Below the pieces are notes generated by a model. That model was not told the origin of the DNA and did not search any database. It worked only from the letters and a program-made list of their open reading frames with translations. A stretch of 64,000 nt of DNA from Zootoca vivipara (lineage: Eukaryota): positions 30,194,001-30,258,000 of the forward strand of contig NC_083290.1 of the NCBI RefSeq assembly GCF_963506605.1, written 5' to 3'. The translations under genes and the position numbers were made by a program. Positions 22,576 through 33,922 of the stretch are shown here, piece after piece. The number at the start of each line of letters is the position of its first letter. The first letter of the stretch is position 1.

Positions 22576-22644
22576 TTCAGGGTTACTTCCAACTTTCCAA
22601 TTCTATGAAGGCCTGTCTTCTTGCTGAGGTAACTTTCGGCCCTT

Positions 22645-22729
22645 GCTTTCCTAATTCATAAGCATAGGTGTGTGAAAGGAGAAGGGGCCCTTCTCCTTTC
22701 ACACACCTATGCTTATGAATTAGGAAAGC
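22645..22729. repeat. Perfect inverted repeat, 42-bp arms with a 1-nt spacer
   Basis: GCTTTCCTAATTCATAAGCATAGGTGTGTGAAAGGAGAAGGG-G-reverse complement. Confidence 0.97.
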
Positions 22730-23274
22730 TGTTTCCCATTATACCTACCGGTAGGTGGTGAAAGGTACTCTGCACATGGTCAGAGGCATTTCATTACCTG
22801 GGTCTTAGCCATGGCACTCAAAGAAGTCTGCTGTGGTGGGGCCTTGAATCAAATTTAAGCCCATCTCTTTGTGGCAGAAACAATTCATATCCCCCCCTAT
22901 TATGGGGTAGGAAGCGATTCTGTTTTTAAGAGGTCAATGAAGGGCTTTTATTGGGGTGTGTGTGAAAAAAGAACTTTGGACATTTAAAGCATCTTGAAGC
23001 TATTGTTTTGGAGCTTGGCAATGCAGTGTGTGCCTGAACCCCACCCCCCACTCCAAGCTCTATATTGCTGATAGGGTGGGGAATTGGGGGGAGCTGTTTC
23101 TTCTGTATGGCTAGGGCATTCCATCTTCTGATTCAAAGCATCTGTTTGCAGAGAAAGGCCTCCCTGCCGAGGAGATCTGAGCCCCAGCAGTTTACCCCAG
23201 TGAGCCCAGGGTGGAGCTGGGACTTGAACCCCCCCCCCCAGTGGGGGCATTTCTGGCTAGCCCATGACCATCAT

Positions 23275-23574
23275 TGGTCTGCAGTGGCTCCCTGTCTGTG
23301 GAATGCTCTCCCCAGGGAAGTTCACCTGGCACCTTCATTATACATCTTTAGGCACCAGGCAAAAATGTTCCTTTTTAACCAGGCCTTTGGGTGACCCCAT
23401 TTACATACTATGCCCTTTTAAAATGTTTATTTTGTGGGGGGCGGGATATTGGGTTGTTTTTATTTTTATTAGGTATTTTATGTTTTTATATCTTGATTTT
23501 ATTCTGTGAACTGCCCTGAGAACCCTGGGTATAGAGCGGTATATAAATTCTAATTCTAATTCTAATTCTAATTC

Positions 23575-23605
<31 letters not shown>
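23275..23605 (+). mobile_element. L2/CR1-group LINE 3' end with (TTCTAA)n(TAA)n tail
   Basis: GTGGCTCCC..TGTGGAATGCTCTCCC block, TGTGAACTGCCCTGAG...GCGGTATATAAAT terminus and microsatellite tail. Confidence 0.7.
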
Positions 23606-23606
<1 letters not shown>

Positions 23607-24174
23607 GTTTCTTTGAGGCAAGGTAAGATCATGCAACCCATTTTCAATTACACCTGCAGGATAATTTGTGCTGGTCATACACGACCCTGCTTTCAGTATT
23701 GCCCTAATATAAGAATTTAGCTAATACTGGGAATGTTAAGCACTGTTGCAATAAAGTTTAGGATCACAAGCTCAGTCTGCCCATGGCATGTAGCTCGCTG
23801 GGGATAAGCCTTTAACATGACAACAGGTGTGGATGTCCTATATATCAAAGAAGGTGCTCAGGTCTGTGATTGCCACAGGTGGCAGGGAGGGGTATGAGGT
23901 GGCAGGAAATGTTTTTTTTTTGTAGGAGTTTGGGTTTTTCTGCAAGGTGTTCTGGGAAGTACAGGAACCAAGGGCAGACCTCCACAAGTTGCTGGCAGAC
24001 CAGAAGTCCATCTTGGTGCTGGTTGGAGGAGGCTGCGCTGAAAGACCAGAGCCATGCCTGACTGCTGCTTTAAGTCCCAAGCTTGCTGAAGCTATGAGAG
24101 GCGCAATGAGAGACACTTGGGATATACCCGGTAATGTTCTGCAGCCCCTCCATGGAAGACTTTAGGTATACATA

Positions 24175-24426
24175 AAGGTAAAGGGTAAAGGTAAAGGGAC
24201 CCCTGACCATTAGGTCCAGTTGTGACCGACTCTGGGGTTGCGCGCTCATCTCGCATTATTGGCCGAGGGAGCCGGCGTACAGCTTCCAGGTCATGTGGCC
24301 AGCATGACAAAGCCGCTTCTGGCAAACCAGAGCAGCACATGGAAACGCCGTTTACCTTCCCGCTGTAGCGGTTTCTATTTATCTACGGTACTTTCATTTT
24401 GACGTGCTTTCAAACTGCTAGGTTGG
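24175..24426 (-). mobile_element. 5'-truncated Sauria SINE
   Basis: Reverse complement of the body and ACCTTT tail seen at 145-496; flanked by a 43-bp direct repeat. Confidence 0.9.
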
Positions 24427-24818
24427 GATATAATGTTCTGCAGCCCCTCCATGGAAGATTTTAGGTATACATACGTAGGTGTAAAATAAACCAAATATCT
24501 GAAAACATTGCAGTCTCTGCCATGCTCTGAATTCACAATGGAAATATGAGCTTGGAACCTCTGGAATTTTGGTACTGCTTGGCAGAGATTGTGGTGGTGT
24601 GCAACAATATTATTTGTGTGTGTGCAAAAGTTCTGAGGTTTCATATCGAGTCAGTGCATATCCTGTCACAATCCTACAACTTTTCATACCACAAATGCTT
24701 GGGTTTGTTCTTGTTCTGCTTCTGGTATCCTGTAGCCCCTCCAGATAGCAATAATGTGGTAATTTCAGGGAAACATCACCAGACACCTAATAAAGCAGAC
24801 CAAATCCACCACTAATTG

Positions 24819-25189
24819 CACCACTGAGCCCCTTGGGCTTGCTGATCAGAAGGTCGGCAGTTCAAATCTCTGCGACGGGGTGAGCTTCCATTGCTCTGTC
24901 CCAGCTCCTGCCAACCTAGCACTTCGAAAGCACCCCAGTGCAAGTAGATAAATAGGTACCTCTGCGGCGGGAAGATAAACAGTGTTTCCGTGTGCTGCTC
25001 TGGTTTCCATCACGGTGTTCCGTCACACCAGAAGCGGGTTAGTACTGCTGGCCACATGACCCGAAAAGCTCTCTGTGGACAAATGCCAGCTCCCTTGACC
25101 TGAAAGCAAGATGAGTGCCGCAACCCCAAAGTCACCTTTGACTGGGCTTAACTGTCCAGGGTTCCTTCCTTCACCTTTACCTTTTTACC
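24819..25189 (+). mobile_element. Sauria SINE
   Basis: Homologous to 145-496, with ACCTTT tail. Confidence 0.88.
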
Positions 25190-27469
25190 CACAATAAAAT
25201 GCCTGCCTGAGGGGCCCCAAAGCTCTGCTTGTGGGGGGAGGGGAGAGCACAGCTGGAGGCTTTCGGGAGTCCACAGCCCTTTCCATTCTGTCCACAAAGG
25301 AGAGGCTCAGGTGAGATGATGGGGAGCCACTCCAGTCTCTGCAGAAGGGGGCCATTTCTTGGCAAGAGAAAACCCTAAGTGAAAGGGGGAGGAGGCAGTG
25401 GTCAAGGTGTCTCAAAGCCACCAAGGGCAGGCAGAGGGTAAGGAGCAGCCTGGTTTGACTCTGCTGCCTGTCTGCCTACCCCATGCTCTCAGAATAGCCC
25501 TGGAAACATGAGTCTCCCACCACCCTCCGGCCTACCTACTCCAGCCGGAAGAAGCCCGGATCTCTGGTTTCCTGCTACTCTGGGAAGGTGACACCTGTCT
25601 GCAGAAGCTGACAGCTCCAGATCTAGGGATGCTTGGATTTTCCTGAAACCAAACCCTGCACCTTATGTGCAACTCAGCAGAAAGGAGACACTCCCAAGCC
25701 TTCTGTATTTCAACATCACCTCGGAAGGGGTTGGGTGCCAAACTTGGTGGAGGTGGGGGAGTGCTATGGGAGGGCAGGGGAGGAGGGGAAGACCTGTGAT
25801 GCAATTCTGTGCATGTTGGGCAGTTGGTGGGGGGGGGGGGGAGACTGCAGTGGGAAGAAGCTCACATCATGGTTGGCCCACCTACAGAATGTCCTCTGAG
25901 TTAGGCATAGCTGAGTTAGGCATAGCTGGAACCCAGAGTACTGTACTAAAGACAACAGTTTTGTTGATCATGTATAGAGGAGCTTTCCAATTCCTTTGAA
26001 ATAACCACAGCATCTGGAATTAATGTCTTTTAGAGGTTAGAGATTCATCCCTATCCAAGGAAAACTTTCTCTGCACCAACGTGGGAAAATTCCCAGCCCC
26101 CACTCCCGGACCAAAACATCCTCTGGGATGTCCTGATTTCCACTCTCCTGGAGGACGTAGCTAAGTCAGCACTTTTCTGAACACCTGCTGGGCTTACTCC
26201 TTGGCCCACTTCTATTTTTGCACCTTGTGATCAATCAGAGAGAGCACACAGAGAGGGCACCATGGTGGCTCATGTCAGGCAAAGTCAGCCTTCGCACCTG
26301 GCATGGATGAGGCATAAACAGCCCCCACCTTCCCATCAAGGTGCAAATTGTTTTCTAAAAAGGGAGATAGAAGAGAAGGGCAGTCTGCCTAGGCAAGGGG
26401 CTCCTTTTCCCAAAGAGAGGGGCGGACTTCTGCTCAAGCGAAGGGCACTATCACAGAGATCAGTCATGATGACTACTACGTAGTGGCAAAAAGCAGTTGG
26501 CTTTTTAAGGACTTCGTGGAGGCTTGATTCAGCTGTGGCTATCAACCATGTTAGCAAAATGGAAGCTGAATGTCCAGAGGGAGCATACTTCTGATGACAA
26601 AGTCTTCCTGGGGACAAGGAAGAGAGGGAAGGGCTGTCTCCAACCTATGAGCTTCCCAGGTTGTGCTCCAAGTGCTGAGCAAGGCTAGAGTGCTAGAGTG
26701 TGCCAAAGGCAAGAGCAGGTGAGAGAAAAGAACAAATACTTGCAGGTCCAATGCCTCATCCATCAGTGCTGAACATGCCCCCCCCCCATCTTCTCTACAT
26801 GAAATAATGCTTGAGCCAAGCAGGCCAGTACCTATTAGGGAGGCCTTGTTGGTAACTGGTCTGTGCTGTATTGTGTTCCCTTGACAGCAATGCAGCTATG
26901 CATGTTCCTGGACGGAGTGGCCTTCCCTAATCTGGTGCCTTCCGGATGGTTTGGACTACAACTCCTGTCAGCCCTAGCCAGGGATTGTTAGGCATTTCAT
27001 CCAAAACCATCAGGAGGGCACCAGGTTAGGAAAGGCTGCTGTGGGGATTCACCTTTTCAGATCTCCCTGCTTAACCATTGCATCTGAAGCACACACCATG
27101 CCCCTTAGTGCATCTCAAGGAGGACTCTTGCTGGCAACAAACACCAACACAGAAATAGCCTTGAATGTGATATGCTGGGGCATTTTGATGCAAACTGTCC
27201 AGCCCTCTAGTTAGGCAGAGGGACTGAAAAACGCTAGTCCTTTTGCTGGCTCTGGGGTCATTGTCCTGGCTGCTCTTCAGAGGAGTCCCACCTGAGCTGG
27301 CTCTCTGCAGTGGAAATCCTGCACCACCTCCAGGATGGATTCAGCTCCCTCCCCTCCCCATGCAGAGCTGGTGCCCAAAGTGCTTGCAGTGAGTTTCTGG
27401 CAGCTTTACAGCTCTTTATTTCACAGCACAATCCCTGAGTCACGGTTCCTTGCAGGTTTGGGAGCCACT

Positions 27470-27553
<84 letters not shown>
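27470..27553. repeat. (GCA/CAG)28 trinucleotide repeat, intergenic
   Basis: 28 uninterrupted GCA units. Confidence 0.97.
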
Positions 27554-28095
27554 CTCCAACCTCCCTCAGACCTACCATGTCTATCACTTCCCTTAAGCCA
27601 GCAGAAGACTCACCAGTTAAGGGTTCTGCCTGCTGACTCTCTGCCCAGAAATTACCCCCTTTTCACTAGCCATTGCAACTCTGCCTTCAACTGCTGCCTC
27701 TCTTTAGGGGTCTTCCTCCTTCCCTTTCTGAACTGTCCTCTTCTTTTGAGGTCATTTACTGAAAGGAATGCCCACTGCAGATGTGAGATTGCTGCCTAAA
27801 ATTGCTAGACCAGCATTTGCACATTTAAATGCGCTCTCTCTCATAATTTACTTTCATTTCTGCCCCACCCCCTTCCTGAATTCTAGCCTCTGTTAGTGGG
27901 GGGGGGAGATGGCTCAGAGGAGGCACCTTACTGGAATGGCTAGAGGTGTCCTGCCGTCACTAGAAGCTGCAACAACTCAGGGTTGCATGCCTTGTGCCAC
28001 ATTTGTCATCCCTAAAAAGGAATCCAAATTTGGCTGCCTCCCGTGCATGCTGAACTGTTAAATTTGTTACAAGCTGGCTTTATTAATATGCAAAA

Positions 28096-28210
28096 GGCTA
28101 TAGCTCAGTGGTAGCACACCTGCTTTGCATGCAGAAGTTTCAAGGTTCAATTCCCCAGTGGCATCACCAGGCAGGGCTGGGAGATAACCCCAACTGAAAC
28201 CCTGGAGAGC
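28096..28210 (+). mobile_element. Squamate tRNA-derived SINE head (similar copies near 10440-10540-, 35700-35860-, 37471-37580+, 55850-56030-)
   Basis: GGCTATAGCTCAGTGGTAG (box A)...GGTTCAATTCC (box B) followed by a shared non-tRNA body. Confidence 0.75.
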
Positions 28211-29668
28211 CTCTGTCTGTGGACAGTAGTAGGTAGGCCAGTGACAGTTTTCTATGTTCCTATGCATTGTGAGTAGCTCACAGCCTTGGCGCTCCTTCCT
28301 TGCATGCCACTGCGGCAGGGATCCTAAGATGCAGGTATTTGGGCTAAGCCAGCCATGTGCCCCTGTCAGGTTGCTGTTGAGCCAGGTGATGCCTCTGCTT
28401 CTGGTCCTCATGATCAAGTGGTGAACTGGTCCAGCCTCACATCAAAGAGCCACAAAAAAATCCGAGAAAACCAAAATTGGCTTAAGGTTTTTTTTTTGTA
28501 TCACGTATCACTCATGACCTGCTGTTGTTTGTAAAGTATTGTATTAAAACTGCAGCACATGCACAGGCATGAATGGCCTCTGCTGCTCTCCTGGTGATTC
28601 AGGGAGATGCAGCAGTGAATTCCTTTGTGGTGCGATGTGGCATATAATAGTTTTTAAGGCGTCGCAAGACTTTGTGTTGTTTTTGCCGCAATGGATCAAT
28701 GCTCAAGAAATTGTCATCTCTTGCAGCATCATATGTTTAGGTGCTTCTGTTTAACTGACTCCTGTGCTTTAATGCTTGTCCTGCTCCCCACGTTAGATGG
28801 GCTCTCCTTGGCCAGTCATCTCCCCCGTTTCAGCTCAGGATATGGGTTACTGCATCAGGGAGGCAGAGAAGCAAGCCAGCCTGGCCTAGGATCTGTGCTT
28901 TAAGGGATCTAGGAGCCTAGGTGGGTGGGGAAATAGAATCTTCTCAGCTAAAATATAGATGGCAAATCAGAAAAAGCACAACCAAGGCTAAAAGAATGTC
29001 AGTGTGGTTAACAAGTAGAATCAAGAGAGCTGTCAAATGTGGAGAGACCTTTTGGAATAATATGATTAAACTTTATTGTAAAGCATGATACAAGTCTGTA
29101 TGTTTGCCGGGGCACTTTTTGTTGTTTGAAGTTGTAAAATTCTGCTTGATTTCTATTGTTTTGTAGCAAACTGAAAAATGGAAAAGAGAAACGAAAAAGA
29201 AAAAGAAAGTTATGCCCAAATACATTAGAAGCGGGAGACAGGCTAGGGAGATGGTTGGACCTCTGGGTAATAAGGGAGTCACAGGTGTGCTGAAGGTGGA
29301 AAATGATTACAGAGAAGCTGAGTGAATTGATTGCCTCTGTTTTAACATAAGAAGGTAAGGAAATATGCTGTTTGATCAGACCAAAGGGGACCCAACTAGT
29401 CCGGCAACCTGTTCTCACAATAGCCAATCAGATGTCCCTTTTGGACAGTCTGCAAAGCAGAGCCTGAGTGCAACAGTAGCACTCTTCCTGCTTGTCATTC
29501 CCAACAGCCAGTATTCAGAAACATACTTCCTCTGGCAGTGGAGGTAGTATACAGCCATTGTGGTTAGTAGTCACTAATGGTATTTTTGTCCTTGTGACAC
29601 AACAGCCCCTCACCAACCACTCTCAACTAAGTTTATCAGTCTTGGGATGATAGGAGAGCTTCCTACTT

Positions 29669-30350
29669 GATGGATTGAGGATTACATGTGTAAATTCAAT
29701 TTTAAACCACCTATCCCATGTGTGTGGGAGAAATATGACAGTAAATAGCCCTTTTAGAAGAGTAAAAACACTTCTGCACTTTTGCTGCTTACTGGAAGGT
29801 ACGAATTAGGCAATCACATCTTTTATTCCCTGTTTATTTGTGGTCTGCTGATCGTCCCTTCTTTGTCTCCTTTGTGAAGAATGAACTACATGTTTTAGTA
29901 GGATGAACAAAAAGGTTTCCTTACATTTCAGTGCAGACAGCAAATACCTAAGAGTAGTATGCGGGGAAAAAATATTTCTTAGCTACAAAAATAGTTTCCA
30001 AAATGGAGTCTGGGCTCTAAGCAGAGCCCAGGCATGTATGTCTGCTCAAATCACTGGTTTAAAAGAAGAGAGAGATCTCAGACAGGGAGGAAGTACATAT
30101 GATTATCTCCTTTGTTAGAAATTCCCACCAAAGCATTAAGGAAGTGACCTCATACAGTCCCTTCTATAATGATTCAGGAACTCTATGTGTGGCATAGCTG
30201 CCAAGTTCTCCCTTTTTTAAAGGGAAATTCCCTTATGCTGAATAGGCTTCCTTGTGAGAAAAGGGAAAACTTGACAGCTATGATGTGTGTAAGCCCCTCA
30301 GGTGCCTCTCTGGCAATCATGCATTTGTGATTTTGACTGGAAATCCCACA
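29669..30350 (+). repeat. Duplicated non-coding block, copy 1 (upstream of SCN4B exon 1)
   Basis: Colinear with 39503-40047; shared exact cores GATGAACAAAAAGGTTTCCTTACATTTCAGTGCAG and TCTCCTTTGTTAGAAATTCCCACCAAAGCATTAA. Confidence 0.9.
30193..30282 (+). mobile_element. 90-bp hAT MITE, copy 3
   Basis: Same TIRs with one mismatch; TSD ATGTGTGG/ATGTGTGT; absent from the paralogous block near 39980. Confidence 0.9.
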
Positions 30351-31399
30351 CGCCTCTCATGGGTCAGTAACTGGTTAAAGAACCAGAAGCAGAGAGCAAG
30401 AATAGGAGGACAGTTCTCAGGGGAGCAGAATCTGGGAGAGTGCTGCTGCACTCATGTCCTGCTTATGAGAACAGGACGTGGTCTGATCCAGCTGTGGGGC
30501 GCTCCTCCTGTTCTTAATGTGCTTGCTGAGGCGGCACAATTGCAAACTCCTTGAGGGCCTCCATCCATTAATGGATGCCTATCCCCATTACTCTTCTGCT
30601 GATGGCACCTGCAACTGGATGCCACACCCTGGAGACAAGCTGGAGTCTCTCTTTAGCCTTAACACCCTATTATGCCTCTGAAAATCAGTTGCTAGAAAAC
30701 GCAGGAGGAGAGAGTGCTCTTGCACAGGTCCTGCTGGCAGGCTGCCCATGGGCAGTTGGATTGCCACTGTGAGAACAGGATGCTGGACCAGAAGACCCAC
30801 TTTGGCCTGATCCTGCAGGGCTCTTATTGTGTCCTTTATGTCATGTTCTTAAAAGCTATTTGGCCAATGCTCCAGAGAAGCATGTAGGGGCAAGACAGGC
30901 TTGGCCAGCTGCACCACAAAGGCCTGTGGCAGCTGCTCCACCATGATCTCATGATGATTGTCCCTGTTCTTTGGTAGCTGCTTCACCCTGCCTAATGGCA
31001 GGGCTGGTCCTGAAGTGGACAGCACCACCCACCCGGTTGGTCACAGGACCGACTGCCTATATTGTGCAGCTTTTTCTCACCCAGGCCAGGTGATAAGGAA
31101 GAGAGAGCTCCGGGATGAGGCCAGGTGGGCTTCACGTGTGGACGGTTCCAGTCAGAAAGAAGGGCTAGAGTACTCGTGTCATGATCAATGCTGAGTGGGT
31201 GGGACCCACTAACTGGGATGCCCAAGGGCATTTGGGATGGGGGGGGGTCGAGTAAGGACATCGCCCTGATAAAGGAGGACTTCCACTCACTCTGATGCTC
31301 CCGGCAGGCATGGCTGCAGAGGCTGGCTTCGGAGCCCATGGCATCAAGGGCGAGGAAGGGAACTTCTCGTTCTTTTTACTGGTCCCGACCCAGATTCTA

Positions 31400-32430
31400 G
31401 GGTTCTCACTCCGGCGGAGGCTCTCTGCCTTTCCAAAAAACCCTGAAGTGACCCACGCGAACAGCCTTCCCTGTCTGCTTGCTGACAGGGCTCCAATCGA
31501 CGCACCCTGTCGGCGCTACCAAGCTGCCAGTCCCGCAACTTTCGCTTGCCTCGCGGGCCGGGCAAAGAGGCTTTCTGCTTTCTCGGTCCCGTCCAGGGCT
31601 CGCTGCGGAGGAGGCGGTCCCGCGAAGCGGCTTGGAGCCGGCTGCCTCCGCCCCTCGGAGCCTCCAAGGCGCGGCTGCTCGAGGGGGCGGGTCGCGCGCG
31701 CGGCAACTTTTGGAGCCTGAGAGAGCCGCGGAGGCTGGCAGCGAGCGCAGGCAGCGGCGGAGCGAGAGCCACACTTGGGACGCCGCTTGCTCGCTCGGGC
31801 CGGCGGAAGAGGCCACTGCGGCGCTGCAGCTGGCGAGGAGATGGCCGGGGGCGCGGGCGGCGGGGCCAGGGGCTGGCTGGGGGTCGCCCTGGTGGGTAAG
31901 TAGCGGTGCCGGCAGGCGGGGAAGGGAACGGCGGATGCGAGTGAAGAGGGGGGACCCGGCGCAGGTCCTGCCGCAGGCGGCGCGCCCGGGCTGGGCTGGG
32001 AGAGGCGAAGCTGCTGCCGGCTCAGCTGCGCAGAGTGGGATGGAGGGAGCGGGGCGGTCGGTCGGTCGGTCGATCTGCCACACCGCAAAGCAGGGGCGCC
32101 TTTCACCCCGAAGAGGACCGCGCCGGCATCTGGGCTGCTGGAGCAAAGTGGGCGCCTGCCAGCAACTTGGCTGCGGGAGCCTGGCTACGAAACACCGCCC
32201 CCCTCCCCACGCCAACACACCGGCTTTCTCCAGGCCCGGAGGACTCGGCGGATAGCCCCCTCCCCGGGAGCAACTGCAGCAGCTCGGGGCCCCAGCAGGA
32301 CATCCTGCAGACCCGCACCCGCAGTGCCGCTGGGGCTCCCTTGCAAGGAAGAAACTGCTGCTGTGCTGTCCAAACTGCAGCTCCGGATCCTCCGATTCCT
32401 GAGTGCGGCGGCGGCGGCGGGGGGGGGGGG
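31400..32430. promoter_or_regulatory. SCN4B: CpG island, SCN4B promoter / first exon
   Basis: Very high CpG density; GGGGGCGGG GC box at ~31683. Confidence 0.85.
31841..31895 (+). CDS. SCN4B: Sodium channel beta-4 subunit, coding exon 1
   Basis: Strong Kozak GAGATGG, MAGGAGGGARGWLGVALV, G|gtaagt donor; phase 1 fits exon 2; resembles the mammalian MPGAGDGGKAPARWLG start. Confidence 0.85.
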
Positions 32431-33049
32431 GGGAAGGCAACATTTGCTTCTGCTCTGCTCTGTTGGGACAGGCTCCTGTCTCCTCCCCGTTGGGGCTCCA
32501 GTCTGCCTAGAAGCCCATCTTGCCATCTTTTAAAAAATTATTATTTCTTCTCTTTTTATTTAAAATCGTTCTGGAATAGGTATATTAAATAGTGTATATT
32601 TTCAACACAACACACACCAGTGCCTAAGGAAAAAGAACTTTGATAATGGGTGCCTTTAGTTCAAAGCAAAGAAAAGCTTGCTCTACCGCCCTCCCATCTT
32701 GTGGTTGTGGGGAAAAACCTGCCCCTGCTCCTGCTCTGAGCTCCCTGCTCTTTGGCCCATCGGGACCTGGGAACAGCGAAGTCCCCAGACCCAAGACCAG
32801 GCCACTGGTCATTAATTTAGGCACGATGGCCCTACTCGGCTCCCCCTTTCAGAGTCAGTGTCAGAACATTAAAAATGCTCCCTGCTACTGGATCAGGCCA
32901 AGGGGGACCCATCTAGTTCAGACCACATTGGCCAACCAGATGTCTCTTCTGGGAAGCCCACAAGCAGGACTGGTGTTTTACTGGTATTCAGAGGTGGAGG
33001 TGGAACATAGCCACCACCAAGCCTACTGATGGCTCTCTAAGGCGAGGTC

Positions 33050-33560
33050 AACAGGCAATGCCTGCTTCCCTGTGCATTCTGCTCCAAGGCAGCACAAGTC
33101 TGTGGGTGGGCAAGTCAATGGAAATGCAATCCAGAGATGGCAAAGGTCTTCCATGCTCCTGGTCAAGTTGAATGGGCAGTCCAGGGACCAGAGTGTGACC
33201 TGTCTTGAATGGGGTGCTCTCACATGTTAGCCATGCTCCTAGACTCAGTTTTAAACCTAGATGCTGAGGTGGTTACTGGAGCTAGGAGTGCTTCTGAGCA
33301 ATTTAGGCTGGTGTGCCCATTGCATCTGCTACTTGAAATGGCGGGTCTGACATCTGCCTTAGTGATGCCATGTTTGGATGACTGTAGCGTGCTCAACACG
33401 GGTTTGAAACTGCTAAGTGTTTGGCATGATGCAGCCAGACTATTGATGGGAGCTGGGACTGTGAGCGTTGGCTTCCAGTCATAGGGAACAGCTGCACTGC
33501 CTTCCTGTTCATTTCTGAGCCCAGTTCAAAATTAAGTTGTAAAGCCCTGGATGGCTTAGA
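33050..33560 (+). mobile_element. Degraded L2-type LINE ORF2 fragment
   Basis: Remnant peptide LLDSVLNLDAEVVTGARSA..FRLVCPL..AARLLMG resembles the L2 RT C-terminus. Confidence 0.55.
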
Positions 33561-33581
33561 CCCAGGTAACTTGAATGACCT

Positions 33582-33922
33582 CAGACCCTCCAAGTGTCCC
33601 TGTTTTCCAGGGACATCCCTGATTTAGAGAAGCTGTCCCAGTTTCTGATTTGATCCTGGAATGTCCCACTTTTCCCTATTTTCATTGGAGAAATGTTGGA
33701 GCATATGGAGATATCCGACCCCTGAGTTGCCTGAATAGGGGGTATAGGGAATGTTTTTTTTTTTAAAAAAAAAAGTTAAACGTTTTATTATGTTTTCATA
33801 TATGTTGGAAGCTGCCCAGAGTGGCTGGGGCAACCCAGTAAGATATGTGGGGTATAAATAGTAAAATTATAATTATGGAATGGGACGTCCCTATTTTTAT
33901 TAGAGAAATGTTGGAGGGTATG
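33582..33922. mobile_element. Non-autonomous DNA transposon with TIR CAKACCCTCCAA
   Basis: CAGACCCTCCAA...TTGGAGGGTATG with internal TGTCCC repeats; no clean TSD. Confidence 0.6.

Noticed and set aside
27258-27799. Poly-Ala / poly-Leu ORFs
   Set aside because: They are translations of the (CAG)28 microsatellite with no exon context.
28096-28165. tRNA gene-like sequences (also near 37471, 22398, 10440-10540 and 55960-56030)
   Set aside because: A and B boxes are present but stems are broken and each continues into a shared SINE body; these are SINE heads, not tRNA genes.
29903-30118. Coding potential of the duplicated block (MNKKVSLHFSA...)
   Set aside because: The second copy hits a stop after about 21 codons and the copies differ by frame-breaking indels.
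31406-32443. 345-aa minus-strand ORF and other long ORFs across the SCN4B and SCN2B CpG islands (e.g. 11438-12193)
   Set aside because: Low-complexity Pro/Ala/Arg/Gly translations expected from stop-poor GC-rich DNA; no recognisable domain.
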